The notes under the pieces were generated by a model, which saw only the letters and a list, made by a program, of their open reading frames with translations, was not told the DNA's origin and did not search any database. A stretch of 64,000 nt of DNA from the human T2T-CHM13v2.0 reference genome, Homo sapiens. Numbering within the stretch: the first letter of the stretch is position 1; each line of letters starts with the position of its first letter. Below are positions 1 through 14,381 of the stretch, in pieces. The DNA is taken from the NCBI RefSeq assembly GCF_009914755.1, contig NC_060926.1. One strand, written 5' to 3'. The translations under genes and the position numbers were made by a program.

Positions 1-59
1 AGTGAACAAATGAACAAATAAATGGGACAGGAATGCACTAACTTACAAAAGAAAAATGC

Positions 60-960
60 CAATTAATAAATGTTGAAAAATGATGAAATTTGAAAATCAC
101 CATTTGGCAGTCATCACTGTAATAACTCTGCCAGATAAGAACCATCAATGGGTGCTAAAACTAGTGGGTAATAGTTTGATGAGGAACAGGATACTTAGTC
201 TCAAAGTATCTCTCATAAAATGTTTACTTTGATCACTTGGTTGGGGTAGTATCTGCCGATTTTCATCACTACACGGTGAATTAGTAGTGTTAATTTAATT
301 AACTGTTAATTACCGTTAACTTTACAGTGGAAAAAACCAGCAGATTACCTTAACCAAGAGATCAAAGTTAATTAATACCACCTGCAATGGGCTAAACAGA
401 CATTATGCACCTCTTGAAACCATGCTCTGAGAATATGGCATGATTTCTGCCAAGAATGCATTACTGGAATCTAATCATGAGGATGCATCAGACAATCCTA
501 AACTGAGGACATCCTACAAAAGTCACGAAAGAGAAATAAAGACAGAAGAACTGTCCCAGATGGAAACAACAAAATTCAATGTATCCTTTGAAGGACATTA
601 GTGAGACAACTGGAAAAATTTGAATGGGCTCTGTGGATTAGATGATAATACTGCATAAACATCAACTTCCTGATGCTGATGGTTGTAGTGCGTTTATGTA
701 GGACAGTGTCCTTAAGAGTGTCCAAATGTCCTTGTTTTTAGTAAATACACACTTAAGTACTACGGGGTAATAAGGTATATCAGCAACTTACTGTTAAAAT
801 AGCCCAGGGGGAAAGAAAGAGAAAGAGAGATTGAATGATATGGCAAAAGCAATAATATGTTAAAAACTGAAGAATCGATGTGAGGGATATACAAAAATTC
901 TTTATACTATTCTTGGAACTTTACTCTAAGTTTAAAATTATTTCAAACATAAAAAACAAA
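60..960 (+). mobile_element. Old L1M 3' region
   Basis: Degenerate L1MC/ME-like 3'UTR text ending ..tttaaaattatttcaaac + A-rich sequence. Confidence 0.55.
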
Positions 961-1586
961 ATTATGCCTCCCTATTTTTAAGAAAATCTACTAAAATGTA
1001 TAGTTTCAGTCTTTTAAAAAAGTTCACAGGATTGCACAGAAGTTTAAGAATCAGATTGTTAAAACAACTCTTTGAACCAACATTACAAATTCTAATATAA
1101 ACTCAGAAGTTTTTATTAATTTTTTAATACAAAAATACCATTTATAAATGAATCAAACAAAGATGAATCTTGTTCTCATGAAGCTTACATTCTAACAAGT
1201 TAAAAATATCAGGAGACTCAAGATTTATTGAAAGAGGTTTTAGATATTCAAAGCACCACTTAAGTAAGTGGCAGGCTGTGGGCCTAGGGTAGGATGACCC
1301 AAGTTTAACTAGTTCTATGGTACACAGTCCTAAACTGAATTTCCTTAGGGCTCATCTTATGTATTATTGATACAATATATCTGGAAAGTCACCTGTTAGA
1401 ATAAATAAGAGTATTAAGGAAGATGTCAATATACAAATTAGGGCCTAAATCAATAATTGGAGTCCAGAAACAAGGAAAAAATCTCTTCTCCAGATGTTTT
1501 ATACCATCATAAACCATCAAACTTTTAGGACAAACTAATCTTAAACAAATTTCTTTAAATACATAGCATCTTTCTTAGTTGCTTAC

Positions 1587-1724
1587 CCCAGTAAAAGCTC
1601 CATATGATTGGGAGAAGTAGAGATGAGCAGTAGGGCCAGATCTACTACGAAGTTCCTTTATTTCTTCTTGGGATTCATGTAACATTCCTAGACACTCCAT
1701 ATTCCTGTCTTGTAACTCGTGCAG
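1587..1724 (-). CDS. TRAK2: TRAK2 exon 10 (138 nt, LHELQDRNMECLGMLHESQEEIKELRSR...GAFTG)
   Basis: tttag|CTG ... GGG|GTAAGC; cumulative CDS is 1113 nt (371 codons); the gene continues left of the window. Confidence 0.96.
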
Positions 1725-2430
1725 CTAAAAGAAAGGATGGTAGTGTACTTTATTGCCTTCCCAAAACAACATTAGGGAAAAAAAACCCGAAACCTTTTGG
1801 GATAAGTATTGATTTTACCCAGAGGGCTAGCTAACTTTATGAATATCATTTCAATACAAAGACTAAAACAAACTAAGCAAGAAGAGTATATATATATATT
1901 GAGCTACCAGAATTAGGGAGGGGTGTCTTGGCCAAAATTATACACGGATGTGACTTCCTGAAAGTCTGAAACGTAGCTAGACTACCAGAACTGTCAATTT
2001 AATATTGAATGCTTCATACACTTAACAGAGGAAGTATAACAGCTACAGTCAAGTTAGGTTTAGTATAATATTAATCTTTTTAAACATCACTCTGAAGTCT
2101 GTAAGTGACAAGATCAAGAGCCTACAAAGTGTTATATACAATGTCAGTGTGCTCAATCCTCCTAAACAAGTAGATTTTCGTGCCTTGTTTCAGAACCTTC
2201 TTTACAACTAGATATACACATCTGATAAAAGAGTACATAATTTTCAGAGTATATTTTAACTGTAAAATTTCTTCAAGTGCAGTATATGCCCCAGTTCATC
2301 AGAATCACCAGGGTTGAAGATGCTTATTAAAAATGCAGATTCTAGGCTCTCACTCCAGACCACTTGAAGTAGAAGCTCTTGGGATGGTGCCTGGAAATCG
2401 CCATTTAAAACTTGCTCTCCGAGTTGATTC

Positions 2431-2727
2431 TTTCCCCCTCCCTCCTACAAGATATCACTCTGTTGCCCAGGGTTGAGTGCAGTGGTGTGATTATGGCTCA
2501 CTACAGTCTCAATCTTCTGGGCTTAAGTGATCCTTCTACCTCAGCCTCTCAAATAGCGGGGACCACAGGCGTGCACCACTACACCTAGCTAAGTTTTTGA
2601 TTGTTTTGTAGAGACGAAGGTTTCCTTATGTTGTACAGGCTGGTCTCAAATTCCTGGGCTCAAGCCATCCTCCCACCTTGGCCTCCCAAAGTGCTGGGAT
2701 GACAGGCATGAGCTACTGTGCTTGGCT
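2431..2727 (-). mobile_element. AluJ within a MER5-like element
   Basis: Diverged Alu dimer in reverse orientation. Confidence 0.85.
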
Positions 2728-3013
2728 CCAGGTGATACTAATGCATGCTAAAGAATCACTAAGTTATATTTAATAAATAAAATTTTATGTAGATAGAAAG
2801 TAAGAGATTTTTTGCTTCTTCTCCTGACACACCTGCACAAAGATTTACTACTAGAACTTATCTTATTTTAAAAACTGTTGAGCTAGTTTAGGTCAGCTGG
2901 TAAAAGAGTGATATACTCCTAAAGAATCTTATAAAGTTGAGGTTTTCCCTATTAATCAAGAAGGATGTTACCACGTTACTAGTTTTAGGGACAGGACTTT
3001 TAAAATGCTTTAT

Positions 3014-3335
<322 letters not shown>

Positions 3336-3476
3336 TAGATCTCATAATATCATCTTAACCTTTTGTTGTTGTTTTTTAAATCTGGTAATTCCCCTTTAAT
3401 AATTCTTATTCATGAAGATGAAAGAAACTAGTCACTCTTTCCCCTCCTGAATTACACAAGATAAAGATTTCATTAC

Positions 3477-3551
3477 CTCCATTGTCAGTTGCCGTTGGGC
3501 ATCTTTGGAAGCTTGCAGGTGAAGTTTTAGTTCTTCCTTCTCAATCACATG
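3477..3551 (-). CDS. TRAK2: TRAK2 exon 9 (75 nt, HVIEKEELKLHLQASKDAQRQLTME)
   Basis: gttag|CAT ... GAG|GTAATG. Confidence 0.96.
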
Positions 3552-3992
3552 CTAACAACATATTAAAAAAGACATGTGAAGCCTTTCCAAGTAAAATATA
3601 GCTATTCTCTTTCTTATAAAGACATGTGAAGAATTTCTCTCTGGGGTATCATCTTAAAGCCTACAAAAAGCTAACCTTTCAAAAGCTAAATAAGATAGGC
3701 ATTCGAATACAAAATCTATCAAGGTGTTCAGAGGACAATGGGCATGAGTCAATAATTTACACCACTTTCTGAGGAAGCACTAACCCCATTTTACAAAGAG
3801 AAATAGTGACTTGAAAGTATTTATTCATGATATCTTATATGACATAAAGATGATTAAAACAGCAATCAGATTAGGGCATTTTAAAAGGGCAGGGACAATG
3901 TTTATTTTGTTTATTGTATCTAGCACTTAGCATGGTGCAAGATACTATGTGAGTGCTTAACAAATATCTGTTGAATGAATGAATAAACCTAC

Positions 3993-4123
3993 TTCTTTAA
4001 GTTTATGCTGAAGGTCTACAATCTGTGACAAAAGAGAGGAAAGCTCTTCTTGGTATCGAATCAGCTCATCACTCTTCCCTGACAATTCTTCAGTCATTCT
4101 GGACATCTGAGCATTTGTTTCAC
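3993..4123 (-). CDS. TRAK2: TRAK2 exon 8 (131 nt, ETNAQMSRMTEELSGK...LQHKLKE)
   Basis: ccaag|GTG ... GAA|GTAGGT; frame continuous. Confidence 0.96.
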
Positions 4124-5109
4124 CTTGGAAGCAAAAAAAATTTTTTTAAATTAATACAAATGTAGAGAAGGAGTTGGCAAACTATGACTTGTGAGCTAAA
4201 TCTTGTTTTATAACAAGCACTGGACTGTCGTGAATAGATTTTTCTTAAACATAAAAAAAAATCCAGAGAAACCAATAGAGAAAAATAAAAGTTCTTCTGA
4301 AATAGGCAAATGCTGGGAACAGAATAGGAGACAATGAAGCTAAAAAGAGAGACGACTTATAAAGGCAAGCAGGCTAAAGGTTTTGCTTCAATCGTTTTCT
4401 TTATGAAAACGATATTTGCTCAATCTTTTTCTTTATGAAGGAAAGAAGGCTGAAAGGAGGGCAAGTGCAAAGAGATAATCTCATTCATTTCTTTGAGAAC
4501 TCTTTAGGGACATAAAATCCCACAAGCAATGAAAATTAATCTTAACAAATCTAACAAAGGAACATTTCCAGAATGGAACAGTCACAATCTATAACAGAAT
4601 GTGATAAAGCTACGGAAATGCTTCTGTAGGAGACAGACTTTCTGGCATACCCCTTTCAGGGATATGTGGCAAACTGAGTAAAGCCTCTAGAGCAATTGTT
4701 ATAGCCTGGCCTTCTTACATGCACATAAAATAGAGCCTTTAGAATTCCACTAGGAATTTATTCACTCTCTATCTCATATGAAAAATTTGACATGTAAATA
4801 CAAGCAGAAAAGCTACTTCTCAGTGTCATGTAAAGCTATTTTAAAATTGACAGATAGCCTCTAATATTTCAAAGGATGGCGATACACAGGCAGGAGATCT
4901 GGATCTGAGAGCTCTTGGGCAAGTCATTTCCTGTATTTTAAAGTGTAAAAGGTGGGTAATGTTTTCATGGTGGAGGAGAAAATTCAATTTACATTCCTTC
5001 CGGTTCTCTAGTATTCTGCTATTCTAAGATATCACATTTTGAAGCCCATAGCCCAAATGAATTGATGTGATATTTTCATATCATTGTTTTCAATGTAAAA
5101 GGCTATATA

Positions 5110-5654
5110 CAGTAGTCCCCTCTTATCTGTTGGGAATACATTCCACGACCTGCAGTGGGTACCTGAAACCACAGATAGTACTGAACTCTATACTGTATAT
5201 ATTATGTGTTTTCCTACAAATAAATACCGATGATAAAGCTTAATTTATAAATTAGGCACAGTAAGAGATTAATAACTAATAATAAAATAATTATAACAAT
5301 ATATCAGCACACTTTGGGGCCATTACTAAGTATAATAAGGGTTACCTGAACACAAGTGCTGCAATATTGCGATAGTTGACCTGGTAACTGACGGCTACTA
5401 AGAGATGGTTACTAAGTGACTGAAGGCAGGTAGTATATACTGCGTGGAGATACTGGACAAACGGATGATTCATATCCTGGGAAGTATGGAGTAGGATGGC
5501 ACAACATTTCATCACTCTACTCAGAATGGTTCGCGATTTGAAACTCATGAATTGTTTATTTCTGGAATGTTTGATTTAATATTTTCAGACTGCAGTTGGC
5601 CACGGTTAACAGAAACAATGAGAAGTGAAACTGCAGGTAAGGGACAACTGTTGT
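5110..5654. mobile_element. Tigger2-family (Tc1/mariner) non-autonomous DNA transposon
   Basis: Begins TA|cagtagtcccctcttatc and ends with a degenerate inverted copy ..taagggacaactg. Confidence 0.7.
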
Positions 5655-6180
5655 ATTTATGGAGAAATTAAATTTATCTTTCTCCAGTGAAGCCAATCTT
5701 TTTCCAACTGACTTGTTTTAAAAAATTGGTTAACATTACCTCAAACTAAAACACATTCCTTTAAAGAAACATAACTGGCACTTTATACTCATTGATTGTT
5801 AGGTTTTATGCCATCATTTAAGCCCTGGCTCTGCCACTTACCAGTTTTCTGACTTTGGCATATCATCTTCCTCTACAGGACTATTTCCTCATCAACAATA
5901 TGAGAGCTTTGGTTCCTTTCACTCTAACATGCTATAACTTACTTACAAAACATAGGTCTGTAATGATAATTGCAATTTGAAACAAATATATTTCTTAAAA
6001 ATACATATGGTATCTTATTTAGGGTTGTAGGCTCAATGTGATATTCTAAGATTTTCAGTAACCATTTAAAATTGTTTCTTGAGATGCTTCTACTGAAACC
6101 AGTGATCTAACTTCCGAGGTGGAGATACCCTACCAAAGAATTGTCCAAAAAGGTACAAAAGAGAATATGTTAATACTCAC

Positions 6181-6259
6181 GAAGTTCTTTAACACAGTCG
6201 CTGACAAGCTGTTGTTCCTTTTCTTCATAGGTAACAGTTTCTGTCTTTATGTGACAAGC
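6181..6259 (-). CDS. TRAK2: TRAK2 exon 7 (79 nt, ACHIKTETVTYEEKEQQLVSDCVKEL)
   Basis: tgaag|GCT ... TTC|GTGAGT; visible inside ORF 6170..6358. Confidence 0.96.
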
Positions 6260-6821
6260 CTTCAAGAAAAAAATCAGTATGTGACAATACCTTCTAGTGA
6301 TTTTATAGAAATAACTACAAAAACCTTTAATTCTCATTTGAAGACTAAATTTCATCACTTACAAAGGAAAAAACCCAACAACCTGTTCATACATCTCTAC
6401 CTGGCTCATCCCTGGCCTTGGCTAAAATGATCCTTGCTTAAGTAGGACTTCCTTGATGCCCATACTATACAAGTTCACAGAATATTGTGATTTTCTGAGA
6501 TAGTTCTTATCACAGTTGTAACTACTTAGTTACTTGTGTAAAAGTTATCACAGTTGTAACTACTTAGTTACTTGCGTAAACTCCACAAGATACATTTTCT
6601 ATCCTGTGACTTTCACTATTGTACTGTCAACCTGCTACTACACTTTTCAGTGGGATCTAAGAACAGTGGAAGGCAAGAAAAATACAGCTCCTTGTCCACG
6701 ACTCTCTAATTGGAATGCCAATAGCAAATCCTTACTTATGCCATATTTCACCTCAATAGTACCTGGACCTGAACTTTATAGCCTTTAAAGTAAAGGAAAA
6801 TGGCAATTAGGTTGAACGTAC

Positions 6822-7031
6822 CTTGGATCGAAGAGCCATATTCTCTTCTTCCAGTTCCTTGAGCTTTTCTTGCAGCATTTCCAACTGCAGCAACCCTTGA
6901 GATAAGCTAAAGGACTCATTGAACCGAAGAGGTGTAGAACAGCTGGAATCAGTTTCACTTTCTTCAGAAGCAATGGAGACGATTCGAAGTAACTCATCTT
7001 TCTTGCATAGCTCATGCTGCAGCTGATTAAC
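6822..7031 (-). CDS. TRAK2: TRAK2 exon 6 (210 nt, VNQLQHELCKKDELL...EEENMALRSK)
   Basis: gacag|GTT ... AAG|GTACGT; coiled-coil sequence, frame continuous. Confidence 0.96.
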
Positions 7032-8052
7032 CTGTCCATATAAAATGCTTGATTTTCATGTTCTTTATTTTGCATTATTTATAGCAATATAGCTTCTAAT
7101 TCATGGAACAATTATTTTTCATCACAAAAGAAAATCACAAAATCAGCTGCTAGGTTTTACTGACTAACGCAACAAGTACTAAAAAGAGAATAACAAACCC
7201 CAGATACCTCCTAAGTTACAATTTTAGAGCATTAATTCAACAGTACAGCTTTTTTCCCTCCTAGGTGAGAAGAAAAGCTAATTTTCTTATTGTATATATA
7301 TGATAGGAATATAGGAGAAAAATTCACGTAAGATAATAATACATTCATAGTTGAAAACATGACAAAACTGAAGAACCTTCAAAGTATCAGAATAGATCCC
7401 TACTTCAAACTCTTATCATAAGGGCTTGTAATTTTAAGATGTATATCACTGTGCATGTCTTCCTAGGAGTACTGATTTTAGTTCTCGGAACAAATAGTTT
7501 CAACCTAAAGGCTCAAATGCTATCATCCATAATGCATTCATAAAATACAAATGAAACCAGATAAAAATAACAAGTTACAGAAAATTTGAAATGTAACCAT
7601 CCAAGTTAATAATAAGTCAGTTCTCACTACAAACGTTTATTGCTATAGAATAAATATATTTTCAAAGTTTCTTTTTACTTTCTTCCTTTGTTTGGTTTTT
7701 GAATAAAGATACCAACATATTTGGGTACCTATTTTTTAAAAATAAATTTCAGATAAGATCACACACAAGTCTACACAAAAGGGTATGGATAGTTTTAATA
7801 TCTAAGCAGGGTGCCACAGGTATTACAGATACTTAATATAGACTTTAAGTTGAGCAAGGTAGTTACGTGAGTTCTCCTCTGTACAATTAACATTTAATTT
7901 CTCTACTGATTAGTTTAATGGACACCAACAAAGTGAACAAGTACTGGTGTTATTTATCTATTGCCATCATTTCAGGGACACCTAGGAAAATAAATTTTCA
8001 ATTGCATAAAACCTAATTATTTCATACTGCAGACATTTGATCAAAGGCTTAC

Positions 8053-8169
8053 TTGATCAAAGGCTTGTCCCAATTGCTCCTCCAGGGATTCGTTCTGCTC
8101 AGATAAGATATGGTTCCGCTTTAAGAGAGCTTGTCCAATTCGAGCAGCGAGTTCCAGATCACGATCCCT
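8053..8169 (-). CDS. TRAK2: TRAK2 exon 5 (117 nt, RDRDLELAARIGQALLKRNHILSEQNESLEEQLGQAFDQ)
   Basis: aacag|AGG ... CAA|GTAAGC; contains the DLELAARIGQ motif of the HAP1/TRAK/BICDR-type dynein adaptors (CC1 box). Confidence 0.97.
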
Positions 8170-9696
8170 CTGTTAAAATACCAAATACACCTTTTCTTTG
8201 AGTATAAACAAGGTTAAATGGCAGTTCAGAAATTTTGTGGTCAGTTTTGGTAAAATCAAAAGCAACGTTCTAGAAAGCATCAAGATTCATTCATTCATTA
8301 AAATGAATAAACACAGGGTCTGGCACACAGGTAGTGCTTTAAAACGTTGGTCAAATGGATGACCACCACTGTTCTAAATGCAAGAGGACATCTCTTTTCT
8401 TGATATCAAGTGAGATTTATTGATCATCCTAGTAAATTAAGAGTCTAGCAACCCAAACTTTAAACTTACAATTTTGGGGAATTGGAAAATCAACATAGTC
8501 TTTAAAAATGAGGATAGGGTCTGTACAGTAAAAGCTCAACAAATATTTGTTGAATGCAATTGTGTATCAAGCATGGTAATGATACAGAATTAGGTATTTA
8601 AGATATGGATCAGGTACGTATGTAAAAAAAGAGTTCCATTTAGGGCAAAGCTTATGTGCATTCAGCAGCTTAGAGGGAAGTGCAGCCAAGAGCTCTGTTG
8701 TCAACTGGTTCAAGAATGATGATATGAAATAAAACAGGAGATAAAAGACTGGAAATTTTGAGGCCACAGGATTCTGCCTAGAGTATAGAGAAGAAAGAAG
8801 TCTCAAGAAGCTGGTGGTAATGATGCAGGGAATTCTGTAGAAAAGTCAAGCAATAGGCTTCCACCCAGAGTTATTATTTCTGGGCAGACAGTGATACTTC
8901 GCAAGGGCATAGGAATTCCATCTGTGTGGTAGTGGTGAAGACTGTATTCTATAGGATAGAAAACTGTCAATATACATCTCACTGCCTTATATATGATCTG
9001 CTTACAGTAATTATTATATAAATAAAATTAAGCTTCTATCCTTTCTCTCCATAGGCATATGAAAATGGAGGGATTATCTCCACATTTTTAAGGCTCATTT
9101 TAAATAATCGCTAAATGGCATACATAGAAATCATTCTGGAGAGCTGGGGGGAGAGGGGAGAAGGATATGTTAAAGAAAGACTGTCTTCCATAAGATCAAC
9201 TGAAACAGGTACAAAGGGAGACCTCTACTGATTGCCAACTAGAGGAGATACACTATACATATTAAAAATGCCATAGACAAAGTGAGCTCAAATCACAGCC
9301 CAAACTAAAAGTAAAAAAGGGGAGATGCTCCAAACTGCAGGTATTGATTTGCAATGATAATGATACTGCTTTCTGAATGGGCAGCTCTGCTGTAGAGTAA
9401 GTAACAGCAGGCATTATTTTAAAATGATTTTTTTTTTAAGATTAATGCTTTTCTAGGAAGGGGAGGCAAGTCAACACCATTAAATAAATAAATAACTAAA
9501 AATCCTGTATAGCATTACAATAATAAACTTTAGGAAACATTCTACTTTGAAATGTCAGTTGTTCCAGTAGCAACAACCTTATACAAAATAACCCAGAGCA
9601 CGTACAACATTTTCCATTTGATGTGCAAATTTGATAGATTCCAAATGATCCTCAAGTTTTACCTTTTTGTACTGGAGAAAGAAAAGATATTCCTAC

Positions 9697-9773
9697 CTCT
9701 GCCAGGAGATGTGTAACCATGTCGATGTCATTGTAAGTTTTGGTCATCTGCTCCACCCTGTCTGTGCCTAGAA
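9697..9773 (-). CDS. TRAK2: TRAK2 exon 4 (77 nt, ILGTDRVEQMTKTYNDIDMVTHLLAE)
   Basis: attag|TTC ... GAG|GTAGGA; frame continuous. Confidence 0.96.
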
Positions 9774-12700
9774 CTAATATAGTTAAAAACAACTATTTAT
9801 AGGCTTTAGCAATAATGAAAAAATTTAAATATTAATAAGAATTGAGAGATAACAACAACAAAAACCCCAGCCTTTTACAAAAAGTCATTCAGGAGAATAA
9901 AAATATATGTGAAAAAAAAGAAATGTTTCATGTATTAGACACTCAAGAAATAGTCCAATCATTACAAACGAAGTGTATACCACACAATAATTAAGAAAGT
10001 ATCAAATGATCAAAAGGCAGTCACATCTTGACTATCTCCTCCTCCCCTGGTAAGACAGGAAGTTTGGCCACTCACTTATGAGAATCTTGGCTGGGAGAAT
10101 GGATTAAATTACTGATTGCTTTACAGTCTAATCTAAATTAAAGTTACTAAGGGGTATCAGTGAGGGGTTATGCTGTTATAAAGGAATTTAATTGGAATTC
10201 TGCTGTGATTATCATAACCATCTATGATCATCTACCATGTGAGCTAATGTAAACAAGGAACAGGATTTGAAGGACTTTTTCTGGTTCTGTTATGAACCAT
10301 AATTCCTTTAGGCTTAATTAAAAACCCTTTACTTGTATAAAAATCTTTCTCCCATCTAGGTCTCAGCTATAAAATAAATTGTATGCTACATTATTAGTTG
10401 TATAATTCAAGCCCTGTATTTCTGCACTTCACAAGTTCAGGAATTGTCAATGTACCTGGATAATTTAGTTCAAAAGAGAAGGGCAAATATGACTCCAATG
10501 ATTCCAGTCACACTAAACAGTATCTTAAAGTTAATAATGCATAACAAAAGAGGGCTCTTTTGACTTTGAACATGATACGTTACTGCAGAACATAATTCTG
10601 TGTTTGACTTAGACTCTTTTATTATAACTAGTTTGCCTTGAAGTGTGAAAAGGACAGGGGCTTTGGAGTAGAAAAGCTGAATTCATAAATTTTAGTGAGC
10701 TGGAACAAGTCACTTAACCCTTCTGAGATTCAGATAATAAATATGGAGGTGATAACACATCTCATGAGGTTATTAAGAGGATCAAACATGATAATCTACT
10801 AAGCAATAAAGTATTCGGTAACTGCTACGTATCATATAACTGTTTATAGTTACTACTCCTTAAACAGAACTGGTAGGTATGAAATGATTCTGACTTTAAA
10901 TTCTCTGAATTGGCAGTAATTCATAGTTCCATAGTCCCATCTTAACACTTTAGGGTGCCCACGACTGAGTATGAAGGGATATCATTAGATATGTTTTACT
11001 TTTATCTGAGCTTATTTTCTCCCTGGCACCACTGACTAAAATGAATCTGGGAATTACCTATAGCTTAATTATTAATAATAGCCTTATTCCTAGTTAAAAG
11101 TAAAACAAAGTGCTGGCTTGATGGTATGGGAGATAACTAAAAAAGATTTAAACTGAAAATATAAAAACTTTTCTTAAAAGCTAGAAATAAACATTTGTAC
11201 TCCAAAAGAATTTATATTTACAAATAGAGAAACTAACAATGATTTAACCACAGTGATAAGGGAAGCAGACTTTTGGGCCTAAGGAATAGACACAATATAA
11301 TTTGGTAGCATAGCGGGAACAAAGGATTAAATAATTAAGGCAAATACTTACAGTGAATGGTCTCCTTTACTTCTGGTCTCAATAACAAAATTATGGGAAA
11401 AATATAAAATCAATATATCCATGCTCTAAACTAATTACAGAAAACCAGACAATGGTTGTAAACCCAAATGTAATATAGAGCAATGGCTCTTAAGTCCAGA
11501 TTCCGATTTAATTAATTTCAGGGAGCCCTGTGGCGCTGGTAGTATGCAGAAGATTCCCAGGTGTTGAAAATGACCTGGAGCCAGGAATTAAAACCACCAA
11601 TCTGGGGTTAACACCCAAAGCAAAAATCAGGCATCCTATAGGCTCAGTTAAAATCAGTTTTTATACAACGAGTTTAACAAACACATGACATGACTGACCA
11701 GAGTTAAAGATGAAGTGGCAGATTTAACTTGGAGTAAGACCAGTAAGTTAAGGATATAAAAAACAACTGTGAACCACAAGTCATATATGATGAAAGGGGA
11801 AGAAAAAAATGAAGGACACAGTAATACAGTGAAGAAATGTTTAGAATAAAATATGTTTTAGTGAGGAAAAATGAAAAAATATTTCCTATAAATGCTTACC
11901 ATCTGTCACAGCATAAAAATTTAAAGCTGAACCTTAAGAAGTTATCTAGTTTAATGATCTCACTTTCTTGTATGAGGAATCTTCTCTGAGAGAAATTATG
12001 TGGCATGTTCAAGACCACGAAGAAAGCTATTAGTGGCAAAGCTGGAATTTTAGTATGGAGATGATAATAACGCTCATCTCACAAGGTCATTAGAAAAAAC
12101 TCAGATGATGTAAGAGTCCAGTAATGAGCTCTTTCCACTGTGCTGCTGTTTCTACCGCAGCCCCACTAAGAACATAAAAAAGACCTTGTCTAATGAAATA
12201 CCAGCATATACACCTGTGAATGCATGTTATATAATAAAACAGCATAGATCCCAATTTTGCTTTTTAAAGTGTGAGCATATCTATAAATATCTATATTCAA
12301 CAGAGCCTGAAAGGATATACATTAAAATGTTAATAGTGGTTATCTCTGGGTAAGGACTATGGCTGATCTGTTTTCTTTTCAGCGTTTTGCCAGTTTTCCA
12401 TAGAACAAATGTTATTTTCCAAACAGAAAAAAAAAAAAAACCCACAAAAACCCAGGAACCTTTGTTAAAAAGTTTCAAAAAGCAAAAATGAACTTTAAAA
12501 TGCCTAAGTATTTGTTATGGCAAAAAAGTTAGATAGTGCAATCAGAATTTTCAAATTCTTATGTCGAATGCGCAACCTAGATACTACCAATCCACAAAGG
12601 CTGGGCCTCTTCAGTTGCACAGAAAGATGTCAGGCACAAAACAGAAAGGAACAATGGATTTTTCCTTTTCCAATGGAAAAGAACAATGGATTTTTCTCTC

Positions 12701-14107
12701 TGCAGTGGAATCAGTTCTGTCTTCTCTTCCTTAACACAATACTCCTGATAAAGACATGCTGCTTGGAATGATTCCAAAAGTACTCAGGGCAAAACTCTTA
12801 AGTGTTTAAAGTCTTGGCATTTAGACATTGTAATTAAATGCTTCAAAAACCACAGACTAGTTCTTCACCATAATTCTGTAGCCAGGAATGTAGAGGTAGC
12901 CAAGCAGGTTGTCTTTGTTAAAATCAATCCTATCAAAACCTATTTTCCCGTCAGTTTTCGTTGTTGAAAATATGTTAAATGATACAGAAATTAGCAATGA
13001 TCCTTGCTTATTTCCAGACATAGACTTCCCTAACTCTCTAAAAAAGTATTTATACATCAGGGAGACGATAGATATTTTTACAGAACAATTTTGCAACTTG
13101 GTTTCCAGAGGTTGTTAATTAATGTTCAACATTTTTGGTGTAATGTTTGGAGAATCTAATGTTCCTGAAAATACAGGGTGGGAGTTTAACATACATAAGC
13201 ACTTCACTAATCCTTACTTTATGTTCTGTCCCTGCATAATTTCACATTAACTAGCTCAATCTCACATTATTTTCAGGATGGGAAACACCAATGATAATCC
13301 ATTCTAATATCTGTCATTTACATGAGATGGTGCTTGATAGTTCTCTCATATGTCCCTTCTCAAGATCTAAAGTTTTTACCACAACTATAGAATTTCAAAA
13401 AGAATTCTAATCTTGCAGCACTCTCCAACTTTCCCACACCAAAACCAACAAAAACAACAACAAAATAGAAATGAAACACAAACAGTGCCCACATGGCATA
13501 GTAAAAGCTACAATAGCTCCTGACACCTACAGGCAGGTCTTGAGGTTTTAACCCTAAAGCAGTGACCACAGCCCTTGCTGCTACGATATAGCAAACATTT
13601 CTGCCTTCAAAATGACTGAGAGAAACTGATGATACACACCATCTAGGGCAGTCTTTCTCAACAGGATTCCAGGGGAGAATCAGGCCCTACAGACCATTTG
13701 AATGACAATTTTCTCAATTCTCCCAAGAATTGTACAAAGCTAGTACATGATGCATGGGTGATAAGGTAATCCACTGTATAAACGCTAAGTGTCTTAGGGT
13801 ATATAGCTTAATTCTCTTGTGGAACCGAAGGAGAGAGCTTATCTAAGGGAAAAATAAATCTGCTAACCTCTATGACTGGGTTTATGGTTAATGCTTCCTG
13901 AACTTCATCAGTCATATGTTCTTTTCTGCCAGTACAGGTTAATAATTTTTGAGGGCAGAGCCTGAGGAAAAGTATACCTACCAATTGGAAGTAATAATTT
14001 CTATGACCATATTTATCTGCAAAATTATACACTCTCTCCGATTCCTTAATTCTCCAATTAATGTCACTGTGAAATGGCCATTTGCTTTGGTTGGCAATGC
14101 TTTGTAT

Positions 14108-14280
14108 CAGTGGTTCTCAAACTTGTGTGTGCATCAGTATCACCAGGAAGACTCTTTAAAACACAGGCAGCTATGACTGTCTCACCCTTAGAGTTTCTAA
14201 TTTTGTAGGTGGAGTAGGGGGCCCAAGAATGTGAATTTCTAACAATTTCTCAAGTGACATTGATTGCAGGGGTCCACAAA
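14108..14280. mobile_element. MER5A-like hAT element
   Basis: cagtggttctcaaact...catcagtatcaccagg...atttctaacaa signature. Confidence 0.65.
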
Positions 14281-14381
14281 GAACAAATAAACTAAAGGGC
14301 ACTTTCTGTGACGCTTTGTCAAAATAATGACAAACTAAATTTATCCAGATGAAATTTCAGTTTGAAAGTTCTCAGCAATTT

